23,248 nucleotides of DNA from Octopus sinensis (Eukaryota), in the NCBI RefSeq assembly GCF_006345805.1, contig NW_021824981.1:1-23248 (forward strand), in the 5' to 3' direction. The notes beneath the pieces are model-generated. The model was not told the origin of the DNA, searched no databases, and was given only the letters and a program-made list of their open reading frames with translations. Shown here piece after piece: positions 8,424 through 18,957 of the stretch. The stretch's first letter is position 1. Every line of letters begins with the position of its first letter. Made by a program: the position numbers and the translations under genes.

Positions 8424-9517
8424 CTGTTTGTCTGTACGTATGTATGTATATCATGTAGTCCTGTTAGCAAAAGTATAAAGTGGTGTAGATAGAATGTAAA
8501 ACATCGCTGCATTGAATAGTTGGGAGTTTTCTTTTCAATAAGTGTTCTTAAAACTACATTCACCGTTCATCAATTCACACAATCTGTAGGAAGATCATTG
8601 TTAGATTATGCAAAGAAACACAATGTTACCAATACCAGCGAGAATTGAACGTGAATAGAAGACAATTAAAAGAGAAGGTGGTGGAAAAGTTGCCCTGGGG
8701 AAGATGTCATGACTATTAATAAGAAAAATGGTAAGCAGCCGAGCCACAGCAAAAGCTAAGCAAAATGCTGAGTTAATGTGTGGGATGTAAAAAGTCATTT
8801 TGCTTACCAATGCAAAACAAAATAAAATATTTTCTCCATCTTTGTTTATACGATGTATATTCACAAGAGTTATCTTTCGCTGGGTTTTTTTTTTGATATC
8901 AACCTTTGCAGTGGTTGTTATTACACTTAATGTATTACAACATGGTTCATTCACAGATTTATCTCTTTTATTTATTATTATTATTATTATTATTTTTTTG
9001 CATAAATATTTTTTTCAAAGGTTATCTTTAGTTTCGACACTCCTAATAAGGTTCGTATTTTTTTTTTCATTATTAAAACTAAGTTCAATCTCATATTTTG
9101 AAAAATATTTTCTAATTAGTATAATATTTTTTGTGTTTAGATAAACTGTTATCATATTTCACAATATGAATGATTACTTTTTACCTTATATTTATAGAAA
9201 AGTTGATTTATTTAGTGAATGAATAAAAAAAGTACAGTATTTTTTAATTCAGAATTTGAATCACGTTAAATTTCTGTCATATTCTTTGTGCATGACTAAG
9301 GATGCACAGATATTTACGATTGCAGTATAAATATTACTGTATAAATTATACGTTCTGATAGAGAAACACAATAATATTGCAAACAGCATAAAAAATATAT
9401 TGCCGTTACGAAATACTGGAATGTGCATCAAACGTGACGCAGAAACGTGTGAGGTTAACGTTCTGTGGATCACATATGATGCAGAGGACACGCAAAGGAT
9501 GTAGCATAGATAAAAAT

Positions 9518-9519
<2 letters not shown>

Positions 9520-9568
<49 letters not shown>
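9520..9568. repeat. (GA)n microsatellite
   Basis: Seen directly. Confidence 0.95.
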
Positions 9569-11269
9569 TGAACAAACAGACCTCATATGGTATTTTTGAT
9601 TGAAATCATAAAGCAAATAGAACTGATAATAAAAGCGGCTCTATGGAAATGAAAAATACAATACACTTGCGTCAGAAATTAATTAGCACTTCTCAAATTT
9701 CTACATTAAATAGGTTAAATCAATTAACCTTATGAGCTGTTCAAAACGTCTTACGCGATGAGAAAACTTAGTATGGTGTGATTTCGGTCCTTGCGAGGCG
9801 CTACCTATATCTATTAAACAAAGGAAGATTTGTCTGCATCCGCACTCCAAGTTGTTGTTGCACTGCTATGTCAACATCATAAGGCTGTAGACTCTCAAAC
9901 TGCTCTGCAAACAAAGTTACGTCATCGTTCTGCGCAACAGTGAACTCGCAACAAAGCAATAGTTCGAGATATGGCCACTAGGTGACAGCACATACCTTGA
10001 GTGAAGAGCAAATCAAGGGTGTTAGTTAATTTCTGACGGTAGTGTATACTTTCATCTAAATATCATTTCTTTCCTACATTAGACTAAAATTCAATGAAAT
10101 CAGCATTGATCGTTTTTTACTCAAACAAGAAAAATATAATGTAATGGCTACCATCCGGTCAAAAAGAATTTGTCGGAAGTTAGTTGACATTTCCGGCCTA
10201 ACAAATCCCTCAACAAATGATGAAGCTGTTTTCAAATTCTTCCCTACGTTCAAAAGTCAGTCATAATTTCCCTGGTTGTCTTGGTCAAGGGGTCCGTAAA
10301 GCGAGCCACATTGAACCCCGGGTAGGTCCACGTGACTATCCAAGGGATCGATAAACATTAAGTATTCTACCTAAATCAATATAATATGACTGAATTTTTT
10401 TTATTTCTGTTTATCAATTTTCGCTTAAGCAATTTTCATTAAATTGCTTACAAATTTTTTCGTTTTATCAAAAGGTTGTAATCAAACCGAATAGCGAAGG
10501 AATTATTGTTTTTAAATTAATTTTTTTTTATTGATTATACTTTTTAATTATATATTAGAAATTTACATGATGGGAATCGATAAATCAGCGATGATTTTAT
10601 GAAAAGGTCAATGGTGTAAGTTTGCTGCCCTCTGGTCTAGGTATATACAGGCGTAAAGCTAAGTTTTCCATTAAATTATGACACCTTATTATATATGACG
10701 AATAGCCTTTTAAGCTTTAATTAGTAATTAGCGTAATAAGTCGACGGAAAGATGTCAGATTTTTTATAGATACATTTCTATATTAACTTAAAAGACGCAC
10801 TTCGTGTGGACTTTTAAGCTAGCTCCTGCGGAGGATTAACTGAGCCTGTGGCCCAAAAGTACAAGGAGCTAAATAGCATGACTATAATACGTCTATAATG
10901 ACTATATGCCCCGGTGGTGTTTGATCTGAGGTTAAGGACTGATGAGAATTAATTCTGCAATGCAATCATTCTATGGTTCCAGTCCTAAGTCGAATTCCAA
11001 TTGTTGGCTAATTTGTCCCAAAGTTCTTACCTCGACGTAAAATTAACGAAGCAAATGTCATTTACCCGCCCATCGATCTCTGACGTCATCTGACAAACGC
11101 CAACCAAGATGGCGTGAACCAGCCAAGCTTTACCTGCTAGAAATAGCAGCCCAAATGCGTTTAAATTTGATACTAATGTTGGATGTTCAAGAATCAAATG
11201 ATGGGCAGATTTTCACTTCCAGGATCATTCTGATTCCAAAAAGGTATAATATGTTTATGTAGAGAGCAA

Positions 11270-11331
11270 ATGTAGACTAAGATACGGGGGTCCCAGACGG
11301 ACGGACAGAATTTCGCTTCTATTATTATAGA
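11270..11331 (-). mobile_element. Probable 5' terminus of a non-autonomous Helitron
   Basis: The minus strand reads A|TCTATAATAATAGAAGCGAAATTCTGTCCGTCCGTCTG: a TC start after a host A, then a (GTCC)n tract. No CTRR-plus-hairpin 3' end identified. Confidence 0.45.
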
Positions 11332-11349
11332 TCATTGTATTCCTAGAAT

Positions 11350-11731
11350 GGAAGCACTCCGTCGGTTACGACGACGAGGGTTCCGGTTGATCCGAATCAA
11401 CGGAACAGCCTGCTCGTGAAATTAACGTGTAAGTGGCTGAGCACTCCACAGACACGTGTACCCTTAAGTACGTAGTTCTCAGGGATATTCAGCGTGACAC
11501 AGAGAGTGACAAACCAGCCCTTTGAAATACAGGTACACACAAACAGGAAGTAAGAGTGAGAGAAAGTTGTGGTAAAGATATCAGCAGGGATCACCACCAT
11601 CCTGCCGGAGCCATCGTGGAGCTTTTAGGTGTTTTTGCTCAATAAACACTCACAACGCCCGGTCTGGGAATCGAAACCGCGATCCTACGACGCGAGTCCT
11701 CTCCCTAACCATGGGCCATTGCGCCTCCACC
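11350..11731 (-). mobile_element. Full-length SINE family C
   Basis: Colinear with 2874-3263. Perfect 12-bp TSD TATTCCTAGAAT at 11338-11349 and 11732-11743. Confidence 0.92.
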
Positions 11732-11888
11732 TATTCCTAGAATAACGTTATACTGTTTAGTAAGAGTTAAGTATGAACCCAATTTCAAAATAAAAGTAGT
11801 TAACATTGATCCTTGGGGGGGGGGGTCTGTGTGGCTATCCAAGATGGCGATAAACATTAAATATTGAAATGTTGTTACCAGTTATTAT

Positions 11889-12472
11889 AGGCGCAGGAGT
11901 GGCTGTGTGGTAGTAGCTTGCTTACCACCGCATGGTTCCGGGTTCAGTTCCCACTGCGTGGCACCTTGGGCAAGTTTCCCACTATATCTCGGGCCGACCA
12001 AGCCTTGTGAGTGGATTTGGTAGAACGAACCTGAAAAGAAGCCCGTCATATATATGTATAGTATAGTGGCTGTGTGGTAAGTAGCTTGCTAACCAACCAC
12101 ATGGTTCCGGGTTCAGTCCCACTGCGTGGCATCTTAGGCAAGTGTCTCCTACTATAGCCTCGGGCCGACCAAAGCCTTGTGAGTGGATTTGGTAGACGGA
12201 AACTGAAAGAAGCCTGTCGTATATATATGTATATATATATATGTGCGTGTGTGTTGTTTGTATGTCTGTGATTGTCCACCTAGTATTGCTTGACAACCGA
12301 TGCTGGCGTGTTTATGTCCCCGTCACTTAGAGGTTCGGCAAAAGAGACCGATAGAATAAGTACTGGGCTTACAAAGAATAAGTCCCAGGGTCGATTTGCT
12401 CGATTAAAGGTGGTGCTCCAGCATGGCCGCAGTCAAGTGACTGAAACAAGTAAAAGAGTAAAAGAGTAAGAG
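11889..12472 (+). mobile_element. SINE family B with tandem duplication of its 5' half
   Basis: The head GGCGCAGGAGTGGCTGTGTGG...GTTCAGTCCC occurs at 11889 and again, lacking the first bases, at 12066. One 3' half follows, ending in (AAAAGAGT)2. Confidence 0.9.
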
Positions 12473-13090
12473 TTCAAATATGCTTGATGCACTTTCGAAT
12501 TGGAGAACAAGCTGTTCACTGCATTTTATCACGGAGAATATATCTCGCTCGTTGATAAATGGTGTGTATACACCTTGATCAGCTCTCAGCGCCACCTACC
12601 TAGACTGTGATAGGTGCTAGCATTTCGGAGTTGTTATCGCCTCATCCGACGACATCATAAGTTGACTGAATTTTCGTTGCTGTTATTTCGTTAAGTAATT
12701 TAATTAAATTTCTTTAAATATTTCTTATTAAAGAATGAAAAGGACATAAAAAAAATGAAGAAATTATTGTTTTAAATCAGGAAATTTCTAAATTCTGGTC
12801 GTATTGAGACATTGTAATCAGGTGGGGGGTGGGGGTCACCATTTAATTATATTTCATATATTTACCTCTTTCCTGTTTAAACATGAAAAGTTTTTTTTTC
12901 CAAACTAACCATCAAAAATGAAAATATATGAAGAAAAATTTACATCTATAATTCCTAATTTAAACATTATTTATTAATTATGACAAAGAAGTAATCAATT
13001 AAAAGAGTCAATATTTCTGGAAGAAAATAGAAGTCAAGGAAAATAATGTTTTATAAAAGACAGCTTAAATTGTGTTGGATGTTGTATATT

Positions 13091-13453
13091 AGAGGAGGAG
13101 GAAGAGGGGGAGGAGGATGAGGATGAGGGGAGAAATGGAAAACGAGGAAGAAATGCAAGATGAAGACTAAGGTGATGGTAAGAGATAAAAAAGGGGAAAG
13201 AGGAGGAGGAAGAAGAGGACGAAAAGAAGAATAAAAAAATTCAGAAGGAGATTCAGAAGAAGGCGAAGGAGAAGGAGGAGGAGAAGAAGAAGTAGTAGTA
13301 GTAGTAGTAGAAGAAGAAGAAGAAAAAGAAGAAGAAGAAGTAGTAGTAGTAGTAGTAGTAGTAACAGTAGAAGAAGAAGAAGAAGAAGGAGGAGAAGAAG
13401 AAGGAGAAGAAGAAGAAGAAGAAGAAGAAGAAGAAGAAGAAGAAGAAGAAGAA
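13091..13453. repeat. Purine-rich (GAG)/(GAA)/(GTA) compound trinucleotide tract
   Basis: Seen directly. (CAA)n follows at 13482-13500. Confidence 0.95.
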
Positions 13454-13766
13454 AGCCTTGATAAAGTTAATCTGATAAAACAACAACAACAACAACAACA
13501 AAATTTATATCGAGAATATCAGTAAACAAATTCTTGATAGAATTATCGCTAAGGTTAGAAAGCTATCAACCTGATTACAACTTATCGAAAACGACACAAG
13601 AAATGGATTTGTGGGTTTAACTAGATTCCTAATATTAATACTAAGTTTTTATCGTGTAACCTTAAAGAGTATTATATCTCTTTTATTAGTCCTCTCTTCT
13701 AAATAAGGCCTTCAACTTTGCTAGTTTTATAATCAGTATCAAGCACAGGGAAGTATATATTACCAC

Positions 13767-13797
<31 letters not shown>

Positions 13798-14155
13798 TAA
13801 AGAGAGAGAGATTGGGGTGGTGGTGTTGGAGAGGAAATCAGTGACTTAATCGACCTTTGCTTACTTCAATCGGCCTTTGCTTACGTCCCGCGCTGAGAAA
13901 GAGATCTATACCTGGATGATGGCCTAATGTTGTTGAATAACTGTTATCTACAGAGAACCATCAGAATCAGAAAAAAGAAAAAAATCTCCATTTATTCTTC
14001 AAAGAAGAATAAATGTAATTTTTTAAAGATATACAGGAATACCAACTGTAAATACAATAACTTCTTTCAGCTATAAATTCTTAAATAATGATATAGTCCC
14101 TACAATGCAAAATCACCACTGATATTACCCACCCACCCACCCACCCACACACACA

Positions 14156-14195
<40 letters not shown>

Positions 14196-14290
14196 TATAT
14201 ATATGTAAGTATGTGTATATATGTATGTATGTATAGGTTCCACTTCCACACCATTTAAAGTACGTTGCAATAATCATACTAAAACATTTA

Positions 14291-14340
14291 GAAATCTGAA
14301 GAGAGAAACGTAACGTATCTCTCGAAATTTATTTTAGAGT
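14291..14340 (+). ncRNA. Degenerate hammerhead-ribozyme-like motif (candidate)
   Basis: CTGAAGA (14296-14302), stem II GAGA/TCTC (14303-14306 with 14320-14323), GAAA (14324-14327). Stems I and III are weak. Confidence 0.3.
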
Positions 14341-14627
14341 GAAAAGAGTATACTAACTATACACTGAAACAGAAAATGAAAATCAAAGGTCAAGTCCTAT
14401 ACTTGTAATGGCAGACACAGCAATTTATGCCGAGTTTATCCATTTTATTTGCCAAAGAAAATCTAATAAACAAAAGTAACGAACGAATCCCCTTGCGAAA
14501 GCAAATGGCTTCAAAATTCTCTCTTTAATACAAGATCCAAGCTTTATCTGGAAGATTATAAAATTCTCTCACTTTTTCTCAGGCTGTACAATCTCAACCA
14601 GAAATGTTTTTTTTTACTTACTTACTT

Positions 14628-14629
14628 GC

Positions 14630-14664
<35 letters not shown>

Positions 14665-14920
14665 GCTGCTGCTGCCGTCGCCGCCGTTACTACTGCTACT
14701 CTACAACCACGACGACGACGACGACGACCACCACCACTACTACTACTACTACTACTGCTGCTGCTGCTACTACTACTACTATTACTACTACTACTACTGG
14801 TGGTGCTGCTGCTGCCTCCGCCGCTACTACTGCTACTCTACCATCACCACCACCACTACCACTACTGCTGCTGCAACTACACTACCGCTGCTACTACTAC
14901 TACTGCTGTTGCTGCTGATG

Positions 14921-14991
<71 letters not shown>

Positions 14992-15003
14992 TACTATACT
15001 ACT
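14628..15003. repeat. Compound trinucleotide tract (CTA/CTG/CCG/ACG/CCA)
   Basis: Seen directly. It is the source of the poly-T, poly-Y and poly-L ORFs. Confidence 0.95.
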
Positions 15004-15117
15004 GTCATAAAAATTTGAGACTTCAAGACAACGTGAAATAAATAATTTTTGACGTTTGGACTCGAAGTAGAAAAGCTATAAATAGTAGCATATAAATACT
15101 TGGATTGAAAAAGTCGT

Positions 15118-15182
15118 TGGCTGCCATGGGATTCAAACCCTCATCTTCTGTAAACAAGACAGACATCTTTCAGTATTAACCG
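15118..15182 (-). other. tRNA-like relic (Thr-TGT-like arm), probably a pseudogene or SINE head
   Basis: The minus strand has a TCTGT-CTTGTTT-ACAGA arm, a T-arm-like GGGTTTGAATCCC, an end of GCAGCCA and then a T5 run. The D-arm is not recognisable. Confidence 0.3.
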
Positions 15183-15239
15183 TTATTATTTATAACTTTT
15201 CTACTTCGAGCTCAGTTGTTACAAACGAATAACTTCATA

Positions 15240-15344
15240 CACACGCAAGCACATACACGTGCACACACACACACACACACACACACAACACACACACACA
15301 CACACACACTCACGCACACACACACACAAAAACACACACACACA
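15240..15344. repeat. (CA)n microsatellite
   Basis: Seen directly. Confidence 0.95.
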
Positions 15345-15391
15345 GGGAAAAAGTCAAGGTAGAAAATGCTAAAATAATTTTATAAAAAACA

Positions 15392-15433
15392 TTTCAGTAC
15401 CGGTTTCAGTCATTGAGACTTTTTCAACTGTAA
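15392..15433 (-). ncRNA. Minimal type I hammerhead ribozyme motif, U3:A8 core variant
   Basis: The minus strand reads TTACAG-TTGAAAA-AGTC(TCAAT)GACT-GAA-ACCGGT-A-CTGAAA. Stem I is CAG/CTG (5 of 6 pairs when extended), stem II is 4 bp, stem III is the palindrome ACCGGT, and the cleavage triplet is GUA. Confidence 0.6.
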
Positions 15434-15463
15434 GTATGGAAAACAATTAAAGTTTGGAAAAAC

Positions 15464-15477
15464 TATATATATATAAC

Positions 15478-15568
<91 letters not shown>

Positions 15569-15730
15569 ATACATACATGTATATACGATACATACATATA
15601 CATACATCATACATACATACATACATACATACATACATTCATACATACATACATACATACATACATACATTCATACACACATACATAATGGATATACATA
15701 CATATACATACATATACACACACACACATA
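15464..15730. repeat. (TA)n(TG)n(CATA)n compound microsatellite
   Basis: Seen directly. Confidence 0.95.
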
Positions 15731-16139
15731 CAGTATGGCTGATAAAAAATCTCTGCCAGCAATTTTATAAATTGCATCTTCGATTTTTTGAAAATTTTCC
15801 ACTACATAAAAACGATTAGAAAACCTTGCATTACACGAGGCAGTTAAATTATTTTCTCAAAATATGTCCTTTATTAATAACCATGTTTTAGTAAAAATTC
15901 TATTTTGGTAGTAAATGTTTACTTTAAGCATTACCCTTAAAGGATGCAGAATATTACGTTATTTTCCAGGTGAAATTTTGTGCGTAAAAATTAAAAGCTT
16001 TTTTATCCTTTTCTTTGTGAGGAGTTTGCGGATTATCATGGCGACTTGGTAAGAAGATAACTCGGATTTTGCCAGACTATTTTAAGTGCATTTAATTTGT
16101 AGTGCTGTGTTTTCACTTGGGGGTGGGGTTAGAAACGTA

Positions 16140-16200
16140 GTTGTGATTCGAAACTGAATCCTTGGATTTGCAGTCAAATACTACGAGTAAACCGCCATAG
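16140..16200 (-). other. tRNA-Cys(GCA)-like relic
   Basis: The minus strand AGTATTTGACTGCAAATCCAAGGATTCAGTTTCGAATC resembles the tRNA-Cys anticodon and T arms. The acceptor stem is not recoverable. Confidence 0.3.
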
Positions 16201-16642
16201 TTTCACGTGATCGGTCTATTTACCGACCAATCAATGTGAAGTGGCGGCATGAATAGGTTTTCTCGAAGATCGGCCCCTTATAAAATCGTTCGGCGTAGAT
16301 TTTTACGAGCTAGACGACCCAGGAAGGCCTCTAAGATAAGTGGCGCAGTTGACAGGGACCTCCATAGTCACGAACATAGCCCATTTGTTTCCAATTATGT
16401 TGAGCAAGCCTCATGTTGCCGTATCAATAGCTTGCCGTTAACCCCAAGTAGTATCTCTCTCCTAGTATGTAATTATTGCTGCTGTCATCTATAAAAGGCC
16501 AACGCAGTTTGTCTTCATGTGCGATAATAAAATCTTCTGTTAAATGCTTCTGGGTGTTGTTCAGTTACTTCTAGACGCAAGTGAAGAAAGATATTTTCAG
16601 TCACCAACTCAAAAATTACAAGCAATGAACCCAGGGACAGTA

Positions 16643-17206
16643 TCTTTTATTTTGCACTGGTTTCAGTCATTAGACTGCGGCCCTGTTGGGGCACCACCTT
16701 GAATAATTTAGTCGAACAAATTGACTCCAGTACTTACGTTTAAGTCTGGTACGGTACTTATTCTATCAGTCTCTTTTGCAGAACCGTTAAGTTACGGGGA
16801 CGTAAATAAACCAACATCGTTCGTCAAGCATTGGGGCGAATAGTCACAAACGCGAATACATATAAACGCACATATATTTATATAACATGTTTCACTCTGT
16901 GGGACTGAACCCCAAACTATATGGTTGCAAAGCGAGCTGGCAGAAACGTTAGCACGCTGGGCGAAATGCGTAGCTGTATTTCGTCTGTCGTTACGTTCCG
17001 AGTTCAAATTCCGCCGAGGTCGACTTTGCCTTTCATCCTTTCAGGGTCGATAAATTAAGTACCAGTTACGCACTGGGGTCGATGTAATCGACTTAATCCG
17101 TTTGTCTGTCCTTATTTGTCCCCTCTGTGTTTAGCCCCTTGTGGGTAGTAAAGAAATATATATGGTTGCAAAGCGTGCTCCTTAACCACATAGCCATGCC
17201 TGCACC
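16643..17206 (-). mobile_element. Degenerate SINE family B, internally deleted and interrupted by a SINE A
   Basis: B 3' half at 16643-16850. The B head GTGGGACTGAACCCC...|TGCTCCTTAACCACATAGCCATGCCTGCACC is split by the insertion. Confidence 0.8.
16935..17158 (+). mobile_element. SINE family A monomer nested in a SINE B head
   Basis: Perfect 17-bp TSD TATATGGTTGCAAAGCG at 16918-16934 and 17159-17175. The body is colinear with 422-655. Confidence 0.93.
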
Positions 17207-18659
17207 CAATATATTTATTATTTAAGAAGAGAAGAGCAAGGAACGAATAACTGAGGCCTTTGGGGGGAAGTTAGAGTCGTTTGTCGCTGGAAATCGCTGG
17301 TAAAATGCGTCGGCAATGTCTGTCGTGTACAGGGGCGAAAGTTGACTTGATATATTTCTGAGCGTCCAGTACCTTTCGCTGACTGACATCGCCATAGAAT
17401 GACCAATTAAAACTGCCATTGGCAAATGCTGATATGCGAAAGCAGTATTCTGTTCGGATAATTTATTTTAATAACACTCACCCATTTTTTTCCTATTATT
17501 AATTAGCAAAACTTTGTTTGAAGATTCTTTTGTGAAACGGGTTTAAAAGCTTTGCTGTTCTCCATTAAATTGTCATTTTTTTCCCTGGCAACTTTAGCGG
17601 CGATTGTTTAAGTAGTGGAAGAGTTTGAGGATATTTACAAGTGAATATTGATCATATCTGTCGCCCTCGTGTTTATACTGGCTTCACACAGCTAATATTT
17701 GGTAGTTATCTCAGTCTCTAACAGCAAGATGAAAGAATATTCTTACGGCTGCAGATCTGATCTAGAAATTCAAAGATAACATCGTTCTTTTAATATTGTA
17801 TTATTCTGTCAAGAAATCTCCACTATCAGATTTTCTATTACAACGAGGCCGGTCCATAAGAAACGAATTTAGCTAATGGTTGCAAGACTATTAAAGACAA
17901 AATGTAAGACAAATAAATGCCTTTCTTTTATAACGTTTAATATTCGGATAAAGATTTGCTGCGTGGTGTTAGGAATAATACACTACAGTGCTTTGCATTT
18001 TAGTAATTTGTATTTTGTAAATTTACCATAATTCTGGTTTTATGTGCATGAAATAGCATCTATAATTGGCTTATTTTGAAAATACTGTTGAAGCGAATAA
18101 GGATCGTAAATTAATGGAAATACGCTGTTTTATTTTCTGTTCTCTGTAGATTTTATTTTAGATTGACAATGGTAAGGAAAAGATTTAAAAAAATGCAGAA
18201 AAGACAAATATTATACCGTTAATATCACTTTGTTGATACATCAAGTACCGTCCATTTGAAAGTTTAGGTTATTTTGGTATCAGTTCTGCTACAAAATGGG
18301 ATATCAAAATTTTATTATATAAATATAGAATTTTATTGAAAAATATAATATTTTTTTATAGAGATTTCTTAAGGGCGCATAAAACATTATTCCATATTCT
18401 GTTCAGAATTTTTTTTTAAGAAAAAGAATGCAAAATGATTTTTCCTTTCACTCGCCGTTAGGTTTCGATTTTTTTTTCAGATTTTTTTTTTTTATCAGAA
18501 GAACACACTTATTGAAATATTGAACGTTTGCTTATGATCGTATATACGTGCATTATTATTCACCTTCATTATTTAAATCTTTGTCTTGACTATTCATAAC
18601 TTGATTAGCAGATTTACAATATATTTCATTGACATTATAAAATTGTATATATATATATA

Positions 18660-18888
18660 CAGTGTGTATAAAATGTCTCTTTGCTGTGAATTCTTTCTTC
18701 CTGCGCATCCTCCTACGCATTATTTCAAGAGTTTTTTCGATGAACGGATTATTTGGCAGGGACTTTGGCCACCAATTTCACCTGATTTAATACCGCCAGC
18801 CTTTTTTTCTGGGGAGCAAGTAGAGGATCAGTGTACAAGGATCGCCCCGAAAACCATTAAATATTTACTGCGGAGAGACTTTTTGAAA

Positions 18889-18894
<6 letters not shown>
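18660..18894 (+). mobile_element. Internally deleted Tc1/mariner-superfamily element with a transposase C-terminal fragment
   Basis: Imperfect TIR pair CAGTGTGTATAAAATGTCTCT and reverse-complement TAGGGTTTTCAAAAAGTCTCT, with TA on both sides. The internal translation FFDERIIWQGLWPPISPDLIPPAFF matches the WPPRSPDLTPPDFFLWG motif. Confidence 0.75.

Positions 18895-18953
<59 letters not shown>

Positions 18954-18957
<4 letters not shown>

Noticed and set aside
8590-8730. Plus-strand AG...ATG|GTAAGC exon-like segment of 141 nt
   Set aside because: All three frames contain stops. It could only be a UTR or non-coding exon, and nothing else supports it.
9590-10140. Possible non-autonomous DNA transposon (also 12480-12720)
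   Set aside because: The sequence looks repeat-like, but I could not pair TIRs or find a TSD.
10930-10990. CTGATGA followed by the GAATTAATTC hairpin, bracketed by GGACTG/CAGTCC
   Set aside because: There is no GAAA after the hairpin (so not a hammerhead) and no terminal CTGA D box (so not a C/D snoRNA).
13253-15018. Poly-F/Y, poly-T/A and poly-L ORFs (also 1759-2189, 15447-15819, 22542-23065)
   Set aside because: Stop-free frames produced by di- and trinucleotide microsatellites.
17225-17460. CpG-rich segment with two short minus-strand ORFs
   Set aside because: No recognisable motif, termini or splice structure. Probably an unclassified repeat fragment.
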